Of a DNA stretch of 64,000 nt, positions 28,301 through 40,439 are shown piece after piece. The translations under genes and the position numbers were made by a program. This stretch comes from Haplodiscus bocki (lineage: Eukaryota), in assembly GCA_965655095.1 (NCBI GenBank), contig OZ296652.1, positions 112,902,001-112,966,000 on the forward strand, given 5' to 3'. How positions within the stretch are numbered: position 1 is the stretch's first letter; each line of letters starts with the position of its first letter. The notes beneath the pieces were generated by a model, which was not told the origin of the DNA, ran no database searches, and worked only from the letters and a program-made list of their open reading frames with translations.

Positions 28301-30275
28301 TTTGTTGTTCTGACAAGTGATTCTTCAAAACAGCCACTCTATGGAAGTCAACCAAAATCGAATCGACGACTTTTTCGGCAAAAAAAGACAAGTGGGTTAC
28401 AGAATTTTTGAGTCTTTGCCTCGCGTCTGACACTTGAAGGTCCGAAGATGTCAATAACTACAACATCTAACTAAAAAGCCAGATAATCAAACTAGAATAC
28501 TTCGTCAGGTAGTTTTCATTTTGTTATGAGGTATCAGTGTGCGATTTTCTACCGATGAAAGTATTTTTCGCTGGAGTGTTGATGGGCTTTTTTGTTACAA
28601 ACTCGACATCTTGAGATGCCGAATGAAAATGTTTGACTTCAGGCATTATCCAAAATCGAACACGTCTATATGCAAAATAACCAAAAACTACAATAACTAA
28701 CTACAAACCCAGATTAACTAAGTCAAACACCTCGTAATGTAGTTTTAACTTCATTAATTGAGGTATCAGTGAGCGCTTTAGACCTAGAAAAATCAATTCT
28801 CTGGAGTTTTTTGGAATTTATCAATTGCGTTGGAACCCTTACGTCTTGAAATGCCGAACGAATATGTTCGACCTCACACTTCATCCATAGTCAAACACTT
28901 CTATTTTTGACAGCTTTTTCATGAACCAAGTTCACACATGAACACATTCTTCAAAAGGAGGACTAGTTGAGCAGAAGGAGCTCGATTTTGGACTTGACGT
29001 AGGACAAAAGTAAGTTTAAACTCCAAGAAAACTTTTAGGATGAATTCCATTGTTATTTAGACAAATGATTCCTTAAACGAGCCAGTGTATAGAATTCAAG
29101 GAAAGTCAGATCGGCAGTTTTTTGGCATATCAGTATAATTTGGTCAAAGAATTTCTGATTTTTCCTCGCGTCCACATATTGATGATCTAAAGATGCCTAT
29201 CATCTCAATTGTTGTGTTTAAGTCTCGATTATCAAACTACGTTAACTCAATAGGTAATTTTTTCTTCAAAAAATGAACTATTAGTGTGTGTTCTTCTACA
29301 TGTAAAAGCCTATTGGTTGGAGTTTCTTTGGAATGTCTTTTTTGCGTTGAATGTCCGGAGTCCCGGAATGTCATACAAGTGTAAGCAACGGAAATTTTTA
29401 TCTATATACTCAAACACGTTTATCTGCGAAACCACCGGTCCTTTCACGTCAGCCGAGGTCATATTCGATCGATTTTTACGAAACAAGTACTAAATGAACA
29501 AAAAGAAGGCGTTTTGGACCGGCCGCTGAAGGTTTTTAGTGGAAACTGCAAACTAGCGAATAATATTCAAAAACCTTGCTGCTCAAACTCAAAAATTTGC
29601 AGAAAAGCCAAACTTGTTTATACAACCAAGCTCTCCATCACTATTTTTGGCCAGAACAGAAAAATAGGGGAGAAAAATGTTTATATTTCCCTCGTGTCTG
29701 CACCCTGATGATCCAAAAAAGCCAAAAACTAAATTTTTTTGATTCAAGTCTCAATATTCAAACCAAAAAACGTCTATAGATTTCAATTGAATAATTGAGT
29801 TCCCAGAGTGCGTTCGGTTACACGTAAAAGTCAATTGGTTGGACTTTTGCCGGATTGTTTTTTTGTGACGGATGTCTGAAGTCCTCATTTGTCAAACGGA
29901 TAAGATTGAAGTAAAGTTTTATCCACTTTTAAACACATCTGTAGACATAACTACCGGTTTTTTTCGTCAGCAAAGATTACAGTCTGTAAATTTGTGTCTA
30001 ACAAGGACTAATTACTTAGGAGTAGAACATCTTTTTGAATTGGCCTCTGCAACTTTTCCAAAACTAAGGAATCGATTAAATTTTTGAGTTATCTTGTTGC
30101 TCAAACACCCATTCCTGCAAATCAACAAGTTTAGGTTAAACAGAAATAATTGCAATTGACAAAGTTTTGCCCAACCAGGTCAGCTGGTTAAAAGAATATC
30201 TACTTTTTTACTCGTGTCTGCACCCTGAAGATCCGAAACTGTCGGTAACTACAATAACTAACTACGAGCTCAGAT
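22305..30275. repeat. Satellite array, left arm: ~1,029-bp monomers, becoming irregular and deleted after ~26.9 kb
   Basis: gttatt..cacaagt.gtt...caaaacag...gtctat recurs at ~22424, 23453 and 24482 (period 1029), then ~25515 and 26581. Blocks such as actcagcggcactgcggcaagtcgaccagtctaagtaatacagaaacggccgcaactgac are identical at ~22938 and ~23966. Confidence 0.93.
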
Positions 30276-30329
30276 TGTTCGTTGGAGGCTAAAGTTATTA
30301 GTCGTTTAAAGTTTAAAGGCGAATGTCGT

Positions 30330-30660
30330 TAAAAGTTCATTCGTTGCGTAACAAGTGTATTACAAACTCATTTTAGAGAAGATGTCCCTGAAAAATTTTT
30401 GGACAAAACTAAAATGTTTTATTTTTTCTTCCTTTGATGTTTGTAGATTTTCATGATAGTGATATCGAAGTAGAGTTGAAGAATTTTCAAGCAGAGACTA
30501 ATTGTTTTCCTCTCCAGAAGTGTTGAGAAATCCTACAAATTTAGCGTACGCCAAGTAACAGCCAAACAAACAGCAATTAATTGCTATTCTAGATCAAGGC
30601 CTCCTCGTAGTAATAATAAAATTAACAACACCCTACAATCAACCTTTTTAAAGTTGATAT
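30330..30660 (+). repeat. 5' LTR remnant (portion alignable to the 3' LTR)
   Basis: 30472-30659 aligns to 49668-49855 (e.g. cgccaagtaacagc, caaggcc.cctcgta, ctacaatcaa.ctttt) at roughly 75% identity by hand count; weaker similarity extends ~140 bp upstream. The true LTR 3' end is not determined. Confidence 0.8.
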
Positions 30661-31979
30661 ATTTTGATACGATGATAGTGAAAATCCAATGTCGTCAAAA
30701 TTCTTTATCTTCACTTCCACAGCTCTCTTCTATTCCTTCTTTCACTAAGTTTACTTTCCACTTTTCTATTTTCAGATATCTCTTCATTAAAACCTCAAAA
30801 ACTTACTAAAAATTGCTTCTTCAAATTTCGTTCAGTTGTTTCAACTTTGAACATGATATTCGCTCTGACTCTAAACTCCCAGTGTTTTCGACTATGAACT
30901 TCGACAATTGTTTCAATTTTAATTAAGATAGTCGTTTTAACTTTAAACTTCGATTCCTTTGGACTATAAACTTCGACAGTCGTTTCGATTTCAAATATGA
31001 CCATTTTTCAACATTTTGTTCACCGTCAGTTTTAGAAATTGAAAACTGTCTCGACTTTGAATCTATTAAAATCTAGTCCGTATACAAGACCCTGAGTTAA
31101 GAACACTCTAGTCTTAAGCATCATTCACTTTATACCAGTTTGTTCCCACTTATATTTTTACCTTTTCATTTGCAATTGTTGAAATCCGTTATCGTCGACA
31201 TAAGTTCAACTTTCTCACTGAAAAATTTTATATTTCTCGTCTGAACTCAATCACTATCCCTATGAAATTTCTATACCCATTACTTCTCCATACTATAAGT
31301 TCAGTTATTTCTGTGTTCACTGCAAAAGTTTCTTTAGCACTTTTCATTGTTTTTCCTTGACCATAAAACTTCTTTTTCGTCTGAAAAATTCAATTCCACA
31401 GACATCTACTATTGCGATGATCTTACCTTCTCTGTTGTAAAAGAATTTCAACTTTAAACAGTTTTCTGATCTCTTGTTCTCGCTTTTTGTTTCAACCCGT
31501 AAGACTTAAAGTTAGAACACGAGATTTTTTTTCAGAGCGTCTTTGGATCTTCTGTTTGGATGACTTTTAAGGTGACTGTTTAAAACATAGTTAAGAAGTG
31601 GTTGTCAACTAGGAATTTTCTTAGTTAGTACTGAACTCTATTCTGCATATGGAAGATCTCGGATCTTGTAAAACGTAAAATTAAAACCTTGCGATTAGTT
31701 TTGATCAGACATCGTGCGCGAACGTTGACCAATCAGAGTTTTGCAGTCCCTGCCTTGAAAGTATAATCCTTTTGTTGTCAATCCCATCCTAACATTAGAA
31801 GATGTCTAACTGAAATAAAAATTTGAAATATGCCAGCAACCTATCGGTTGAACGCTGTTTCAGATAATTTGTTCATTTTGCCAGCAACTTTTCGGTGGAA
31901 CACAAACTTTAAAGCCAATATAAATCATTAATGTTTTATACTCTCATCGTAATCTGCTTTTAGATTCTTGACTGTTGGA

Positions 31980-34900
31980 ATTGTATAAACAAACACAACA
32001 CTCCGAGAATATATCCGACCCATTTCCTGCAAAGTAGTTTCCTCACAACTCTCATATTGATAATCGGAGTTCTCTGTATTCAGATAAACCCAGTTCCTCT
32101 GAAACTTTTACGAAACCTCATGTCATTTAGACATAAATCTGTTATTTCAAACTCAAATTCTCTAACTGAAAATGAACATGTTGATAGTATCGGTTAAATT
32201 GAAAATAACACCGAATCTCCTCAAGATCAAATATCTGTGGAACCAAATACACACCCAACTGGATATATACAACAAATTCCACAGCAAACCTATGATTCTA
32301 CCTAGTCTGAGATTTTTACTATAAAAGCGGAAAGAAAATTTAGGAATGCAACAACAAGTATATGAAGGTCTCTCATTAGAGTAAATTGAAGCCGAAAAAG
32401 AACGTTCAAACCCGAAACGTCAAAAAAAAGTAGGCTGCAAAGCAATTGTTACTAAAACAAGAATTCGGACGAAATCAAATGTTACAACAATTGAATCAAC
32501 CTTATTCTGTAGTTCAAGATGATAGTGCTACTCTGGAAAACTTTCAAATAATTCTTTCAACATCAACTAAACTTCCTTGCACAGTGAGTTACTAGATCTG
32601 AATTTTCAAAACCTCCTCATTTCATCTTTCATTTCAAAACAGAAAAACAAAAAAAGAGCAGTCATTGCGTATGCTATCAGCTTTACTGAAAGCTTTCTAT
32701 ATAAATCAACGAAATCATTGCCTTGTGATAAACAATGTTTTTGGTATGTATATTCATTTCCTTTGCTTTGAGAACATCATGATTAATGTTTATGTTATAA
32801 TCATTATAAAACTTGTGAATCAAAATTTGCTGAGGTATCTTTCACTATAGTTTGTAACCCAGTCAAAAACAATATCAATAGAATCTTTTTGGAAACAAAG
32901 AATCGAAAAGATGTTTCTTTACCAACTCAGCTTTTCGGGATGTCTTCGTACTTTTTCTGAGAAAACTGCGAGATGATAATGAATTGTTTCCTCTGCAATT
33001 GATGAACTTCGTGGGAAACAACTTTTCTTGGAAGTTCTGAAGTGGATAAATCAAACTCTGAATAATCCACACCACTGACACTGCTTTGCGAAAGACCGCG
33101 CTCAAATAAGTGCTTTTCAAATTATCTTTTTTTTTCACAATTAGTTGTTTTAGACACCGTAACAAAACCCCAAAATGAATTGTTTTCCTCGTTTCTGACG
33201 AAGTCTTCCAGATTTGACTATCGAATTATCTGCAACTTTTTAGATCAAACTACTTTTGAACATCTTTCGCATCTTTTTGCTGAACAGGAAAAACTTCGAA
33301 TCTTGATTAAAGTTGAAAATGTTCATCCAGAACAAAATAACTTACTGCAACTCAATACTGTAATTACTCTTCAACTGGAACTTCTACCCAACATGATTAA
33401 CGAGCAGTGCTACAAACAGACCTATCGAACTTTATATTGCTTCAATCCGTCTGAATCAATCAATTACCACTGGAAAAACGACTGTTGAAAAATCACAACA
33501 GATTAGTTTTACTCTTTTTCAACTTCAATTACAAACAACCTCTGTTATTTTATATTCAAATAAAAACACTACTGAAACCACTGAATACATACCCCATACT
33601 GAGGTTACTGAAAGTTCAACTCCAACCAGATTTACTCTTATACTTGGTATTACCACACCAGTGAAAGTTCGTACAAAAGCTATTGGAACTATTCCTGATT
33701 CATAAACGAAACGAAATATATCTGATATGTCCGCATCTAATGAAAACTTTTTTTTGGTGCAATTAGTCAACAATTTCAATTGCAGAACACTATAACATTA
33801 CCATTTCCGCAGAGTTACAGTACTCAACGAAGAATACTTCAAAATGTTCCATTTACTGATTATATAAACTAACTTCAAAATGATTCAACGGTAACAAGTC
33901 AATCAAATAGATCTAATGATCACGCATTTATGCTGAATACACTCACTACCACTGTTCCTGCATTGTCAAGACCTCGCCTAGTTTTGCTCAATTTTGATGA
34001 AACTTACTCCTTGAGTAGTACCGACAATACCCCTTTTCAAACCAATACAACTTTGAATGCTACTATAATTCCATCACAAACGCTAAATCGACCACAAAGT
34101 GCTCCTTTTATACGTCCTTCTGCATTTTTACCTTCATCATCTTCTCTTCCTACTGTGAATCCAATAAACTCTTCTCCTGTAGTAGCACAAAACTATACTG
34201 TACCTCTTGTTGCAATGAACAAGTCTTTGAAAACTTTTGATGGACTTGATCATCATTATATTCCTGAAGAATATTTACATCAAATTGATACACATATGAT
34301 CTTTACAATGAGAGAAGAGCTTCTCGATTCTGTGGTTTAGAATCAATGGCACAAAAAGTAACATATATACAGTGTTTCCGAGTCCATGAAAAATACAAAA
34401 ACGACTGGCCTCGTTTTGTATCTGCTTTCAAAAAACAATTTTCTTCAGAAAAAACTGCATACCACGCACAAGTTGAACCGCAAGGTAAATAAAAAAAACT
34501 GAATACCTACGCAATTACGCTCTGAGAGTTCAACAATTTGTTGAAAACCTTGTGTAACGAATTTGGTGCAACTATTAACCTCAAGTGTGCGAAAACTTTC
34601 ACTCTAGGATTACCGAAAAAACTTAATGTCTTGGCTCTTAAATAGCAAGTCAAACATACATCCTTTGTTATAGTACTTTTCATTCCAATTCAGACACTAG
34701 TTCAACTTGCTGACAATGAAGATAAAACGAAGGAAAAATTTCCTACTTTTGATCTACAACTGTTAATTAAAAACATGGCATCAAAACTGGAATCTCAAAT
34801 TTTTTCCTGTGAAACTCATGGTGGTAATCTTGAGAATACATTTACACAATCAAATGATCCAACTATCAAATGTTGACCTCGTTTTTGGAAGTACTGCATT

Positions 34901-35300
34901 TCTTGTCCAAAATTCAACCACTATGTTCTAAGCTGTTTCCGAAAACAACGAGAAGATGAAGGAAGAAAACGGAATTTGTTTTCTCGATCGAACTCCCCTG
35001 CGAATTTTTTTAATCAACACTTTAAAGAATACCAAAACAAAAATCATCCAAAAGAGCAACCTTCCTCTAATCCTGTAAAATATTATTCACGTGATAGTTA
35101 CGCTTCAAGAAGTCGCTCAAATTCAAAATATTGATGTTCACCGTTTGGGTCCTCTCATTTTAGATCACCTTCGCTTTCACAACCACGTGATAATTTCTGT
35201 TTTTGACCTCGTTGTTGTACTAGCGGACTCAGGTCTAGCCGGACTGCATCACGTTCAAGATACACTGAGTTTTAAAAAAAGGAAGAGGTTTTAGATCTCC
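31980..35300 (+). pseudogene. gag: Gag/ORF1 with long S/T/P-rich N-terminal extension, capsid-like core and CCHC zinc knuckle
   Basis: ORF 33930-34340 ends ...NKSLKTFDGLDHHYIPEEYLHQIDTHM (retrotransposon-Gag-like FDG...EE motif). An intact C-x2-C-x4-H-x4-C (CISCPKFNHYVLSC) lies at 34895-34936, followed by an R/S-rich basic tract at ~35100-35300. The start is approximate. Confidence 0.8.
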
Positions 35301-35569
35301 TTATTATTATCCTTCCTCCAGAAAGATTCATTCCTACTCCATTTCTGGATCCAACTCTGAAAATTGACCGTAACTCAGAAAATATAAATCTTTGTATCGA
35401 ATTCCATTAAGACCCTGTTGGAATCTGCATCTGCATCTAGAACATTTGTCGAGACTTTACAAGCAAATCCCTCTGAAAATCAATATCACTACACTGAAAA
35501 CTCTTCCGAGTAGAAGTACAAAATTGAACTTAAAATGTCTACCACCGAAATGACAAATGCTTTGAGCCA

Positions 35570-35940
35570 AAAAGTTGGTTTTGTATTTTGTACAATAACT
35601 TCCAGAGCAAAAATGATTCAAAGTTACCTTAGAGACTGGAAATCGCTGTTCTGTTGGATAGAAGTGCCTCCTCTTCTGTACTTAAAGTAACAAACTATAC
35701 GACGATAACTCATATGTTCTCTGTCTAGAATCAAGATCAACATGAAACATCAAAAACGTTGACTATCGCAGATCAATCTGAAGTTCCAAATAAACGAAAT
35801 TGTTTTATGATTTGTTTCTCATCTTTTGAAACAAAATCAAGATCTTTCATGATTCTTTTTGCTGTAGTTGATTTCAAATATAAACTTCTCGTACACCATT
35901 CTTCGAGAAGTACATTGAAAACAATATTATTCAAGAGTTT
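35570..35940 (+). pseudogene. pol: Retropepsin aspartic protease domain (degenerate)
   Basis: RLEIAVLLDRSASSSVL with Asp at 35657, a mutated form of the LLD(S/T)GA motif, at the expected position between Gag and RT. Confidence 0.7.
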
Positions 35941-36569
35941 ACCATGACTTTCAAACATTCCTTCAATGATCCATCCACATCTGCTTCTTTTACCACGCTG
36001 ATTCACAATAATTTTCCTTTCTTCTAATTCAATTCTCAGATTGTTTCAAAAAATCCAACCTATATCAAACCAATTACTCTGAAGTCTTTGAAATTCCCAC
36101 TGAAGAAAACGAAGGCCTATGGACTCGAAACTGAAAATCTTTAACCATTTTTAGCTGAATTACCTCAAACTCATTTGCTGTTGAAACTGAAATGATGTTT
36201 TCATTCATGGAAGTATTATCGAAAATTTTTGAAGATGCATGCTCAGTTTAGTTTTTAAAAAACACTAGGAACATGGCTACACTTCCAACTGGGAGAATGA
36301 GTTTTATCGATGCTGCTATAGGCGCTTTGAAACCACCTCGATAGCCAACTTTTGATTTAAATGCACTGATTCATTTGTAGTTCATAGCTACCACCCTGAT
36401 ATGACTGAACCAATCAATGTTCATTATCAAGATGAAAAAAACAAAGAATTCTTATAAAATGAATCAAATAGATCTTTATGAAGATCTAATGACCATTAAT
36501 ACCGTCTGTAATGTACAACCTTCTCAAAAATAAACTGCTCGAATCTTTCCACCTTTACCATTCTTTAGA

Positions 36570-38010
36570 AAGTTTGCAGTTTCTGGACAAATTTCACCTT
36601 CAAAACTCTGATCTTATTGACTTGGAATACACACAAATTTGTGAAAGTCTCGTTGCGAATGAAGACTGTTATGTTAAACATGGTACTGTTGTCGGAAAAA
36701 CTTCTACTCCATTTTGGATTAGACTGCAACTTGAAGCTAAACTGCAACCACAAAGATTTACCACAGATCCTATTGAAGATAGAGAAAAACTAAATACTCT
36801 AATGGTTTATCTTCAAAACAGATGGAATAATAAATCAAATTTGCCCATGTCCTCAAAAAAACTTTTCATGGGACTAGTTTTTTGAATCTATTGATCATCT
36901 TTAAGAGGAAAGTTTCTTCTAAAATTGTTTTGCATGCTAGACATCTAATTTCAAACAGTGGTCAACCATCAGAATCTCGGCCATTGGAACCTGTAGCATG
37001 ACAGCTTTTTAGGGCTGATGAAAAATACAAAAATGCAATTGATTTTTTTACGCATATGCACATGGTGCTTTAGATGATGAAGCTTTTCTATTTACAGTTT
37101 TTTCAGATGTTGACAAGTTTTTTGATTTCATTAGATGTTTCTGTGGCCTTAAAGGTCTCCCAAATTCTTTCACTCAACAAACGTCGAACTCTGTCAAAGA
37201 TTTGATCCATCAAGGATGTGCGTTGGTTTCAATTGATGATATTTTAATCATGTCAAACTCCAAACCACATGCGGAGCAACCTACCAAACTTTTACATGAT
37301 TTTGCTAACAAACAAAATGTAACTTTAGCTCCGGAAAATTCTTTTTCATGTCTCTCACTGTGAAGCATTTTAGTCTTGAATTTGGGTGCAACACAATGAC
37401 ACCAATTCTTTCCAAAATAGGCGGCCTCCACGAAATTCCTTCTCCAACAACAAAAAGTTAAATGACGAGGTACATTGGCGCAATGAACTTCTACTCTGAA
37501 TTTATTGATAAACTTCATGTTAATATGAAGCCTCTGTAAAACTTACTCAATAACACTGTTCGTTATAAGTGGATTATTGAATGGAAAACCATTGTTTAAA
37601 CAATTTATAACATCTATCACAAAAAATGTTACTCTGACTCTACCTATTACAAGCCATCCATTGTTTCTTAGTGTGGATTGTTCCTCAATGGGTATAGACT
37701 GCGACCTATTCCAAATCAATTGCAAAGAAAATCTGGAAGTTTTCATACAATTCTCGTCCTTTCATCGCTAAATATTAAAGAATTTTTACTATTTATCGTG
37801 AATTAATCGAAACCGTATATCTGTTCGTGGCGACGATCACTTCTAGGAGTTTAGAATGATCACAAACAAAATTTTAGCTGTACCACCAAAAAAAAACGAA
37901 CTTCATACGTATCTTTTGCACAAACGCATTTAACTAAATTTCCAAAACTTCGTAATAAAGTTAGGGAAACAAATATATTTTTGTGGCTGATACGTTTAGT
38001 CGTTCATTTA
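36570..38010 (+). pseudogene. pol: Reverse transcriptase and RNase H domains (degenerate)
   Basis: RT: IVLHARHLISN (~36924), KYKNAID..AYAH, FIRCFCGLKGLPNSF (37128-37172), LVSIDDILI (SIDD at 37229-37240, degraded YxDD), IGAMNFY. RNase H: LTLPITSHPLFLSVDCSSMGIDCDLFQ (ORF 37577-37771), DHK (~37858), VADTFSR (~37983). Confidence 0.93.
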
Positions 38011-38859
38011 CTTAAGAAGAACTGCGACTGAACCAATCAAAACACAAACAATTCCGTGCGCAAACTCATTTTGCAAGACTGACTAATGATAATCAAATCA
38101 AACCTGTGCAAAATTCAGTTAAACAACAAACTGTATTTCCGTCACAAAAAGATGATTGCCATACAAATTTAGCTGTTTTCAGAAACCATAAGTTCTCCAT
38201 TTGCAATTATGATAAAGGGAGAAAATAGCTTCTAATCCATTGAAATCATGTTCTTTTGAACTGAAAAAGTTGCAAAATCAATACAGGAAACCAATTTAGA
38301 AAAATACCACAACCTAATTACAGCAATCTGTTGAGTTGAATGGTCGCGATATCAGTGACAATGTTAATGCCATTGAATAAAAGATACCCTAAGATGAAAT
38401 TTTTTCTCAATTTGATTCATCACTGATTAGAAAACAATCGACTTGTGAAAAGTTTAAGGATTCGAAGATGGAAATTTACAACCGCAAACCATTTCTGAAA
38501 CGTATCCATGTGTAGGCAAAAAACCAGTGAATGTCTCATTCTTTTTGATCCGCCTTGTTTCGTACAAGCAACCAATTTTAATGAATGGTTTTTACCTCCT
38601 GATACTCCATTGGTTATCGACACCAAAATGAAAGATCAAAAACGAGAACCTGTTCTACAAGTTTTACACAAATGGTTAACTGCAATTTTACGTCCTGTGA
38701 CAAAAAAGCCTTTTATTACTCCACCTCCCTTCTTGCTAGAACAACATAGATGACTTCTGGATCTCTATATTGATAAACATATCGGACTGACAATCCTAAG
38801 AAGCCAACTTCTGAAAAACAAAGATAAACTTGCACAGTAAACTGATGATAATCTTCCCT

Positions 38860-40020
38860 CTCAAGAAACCCGTCTATGTTTCCTACTGACTCTGTTTCAC
38901 TCTGCAATTGAGAAAGTTCATGAACATTGCCCATTATAATTTTGAGAAATTTTTTTAAATACCGATTCTGCAAAAATAACTTTCATTTTCAACTTATGAC
39001 TGTATTGATTGCAAGACGAAAAAAAAACAAAATAAGAAACAAAACAAAGCTGCAACCTTACTTTTCTGGAAACTGTCAATTTTATCGAACCATAGTATCT
39101 CTATGACGACTAGAAGCTGGTTAGAAACTGCTTCTGAAAGAATTCAATACAAATATGTAAGTGTTTATCATTTTGGCAATTACATTTTCACTAAACCAAC
39201 TCCAAAGGAAATGATCAATACGCTGTAAAATCTACAATTCGTCTCTGAATATCGATATCCTGTCCTCCTCAAAATTGGATCACTGATGGAGGGACTGAAA
39301 ATCTCAGTAATTACATTGCAAAATGTTGCATTCTGTTTAATATTAGACATTCTTGAAGAACTTCACATTCTCTGAGGACAAATGGATTATTGGAAGTACA
39401 GAATGAAAACCTTGGAGCCTGTCGGAGAAAGTTTCTACCTGACACTCCTGAAAAAAGATCTATTTAAGTACGTTTCTTTGCTTATGCTCTCAATATTTGA
39501 CCATTCTCGCTTTTTCATGTTTCACCATATGAATTTTTTTTCAGATGCAACTGCGTACTCCAATGAATTTTCAAAAAATCTCTGTCGAAATAAATTTCGT
39601 GAATGTACTGCACTGCACTGCTTTGATTTACCACCTATTTCACAGTGTCACCCGGTTAATTTGAACCCGTTCTGTCATAACTTGTCGATGAACCCAATTT
39701 CTACTGTTTCTTGCTACTGAAACGGCAATGCTATAAATTTTTTCATCAGTCTATTAAAACTCACGGGGAAAAACAAATTCTGTTGCTTATACAATGCAGG
39801 ACACACCCATCTTTGATCAGCCATTACCACTGTATTCATTTGTTTTGCGTCAAACGTTTGCAGCTGCTCACTTTCCAGATAAAATGAAACCACTTCTTCG
39901 TGGTGTTTTCAAAATTATTGGCGAGCCTACGTTTTTCACGTATGAACAATTAACACAAGATAGAAAAAAATTCAACCACATTTTTTAATTGATCCAATAA
40001 TATCCAAGACAGTCTTTGCT
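38860..40020 (+). pseudogene. pol: Integrase with CxxC, DDE core and GPY/F module (degenerate)
   Basis: YDCIDCK at ~38995. PPQNWITDGGTE (Asp at 39285) and RTNGLLEVQN (Glu at 39393) give exact D-x35-E spacing in one frame. DKMKPLLRGVFKII...TYE in ORF 39794-39988 matches a GPY/F module. Confidence 0.9.
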
Positions 40021-40439
40021 TTTCCTTTAAATTGAATCATACAATGAACAAACTCCTGGAACAATTCGTGTTTTTAATATTTCAGACATGATTCAAATTG
40101 ATATATATACGTCATTTGATACTTCTGAATTAGATGATATGTCTTTGATCATGATCCACTCTGTAATGGCCACGACGATACGGCAATTATGTTTGACAAG
40201 GAAATACATAAATTGGTGAAACTATCATCCATCTCCGTCAAAATTTGATTCTGAAAAATCATATCATTCAGCAAGATCTTCAAAATTTCAATCATTCAAC
40301 AATTTCCCTGAAACACTTGATCTTCCTGATAGTGGAAATCTTAATGACTCTCCGAAGTCATCCATTGACAAAACAAATTATTCACTACCTTCTAACCAAT
40401 TACTAGTCTCCAATGGAAGTACCCGAAGCAATTGTGATT

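Noticed and set aside
31599-31616. tggttgtcaactaggaat as primer-binding site, with gtgact (31572) as a degraded LTR end
   Set aside because: About 20 nt separate the two, there is no clear match to a tRNA 3' end I can verify, and the 3' LTR is too truncated to confirm the boundary.
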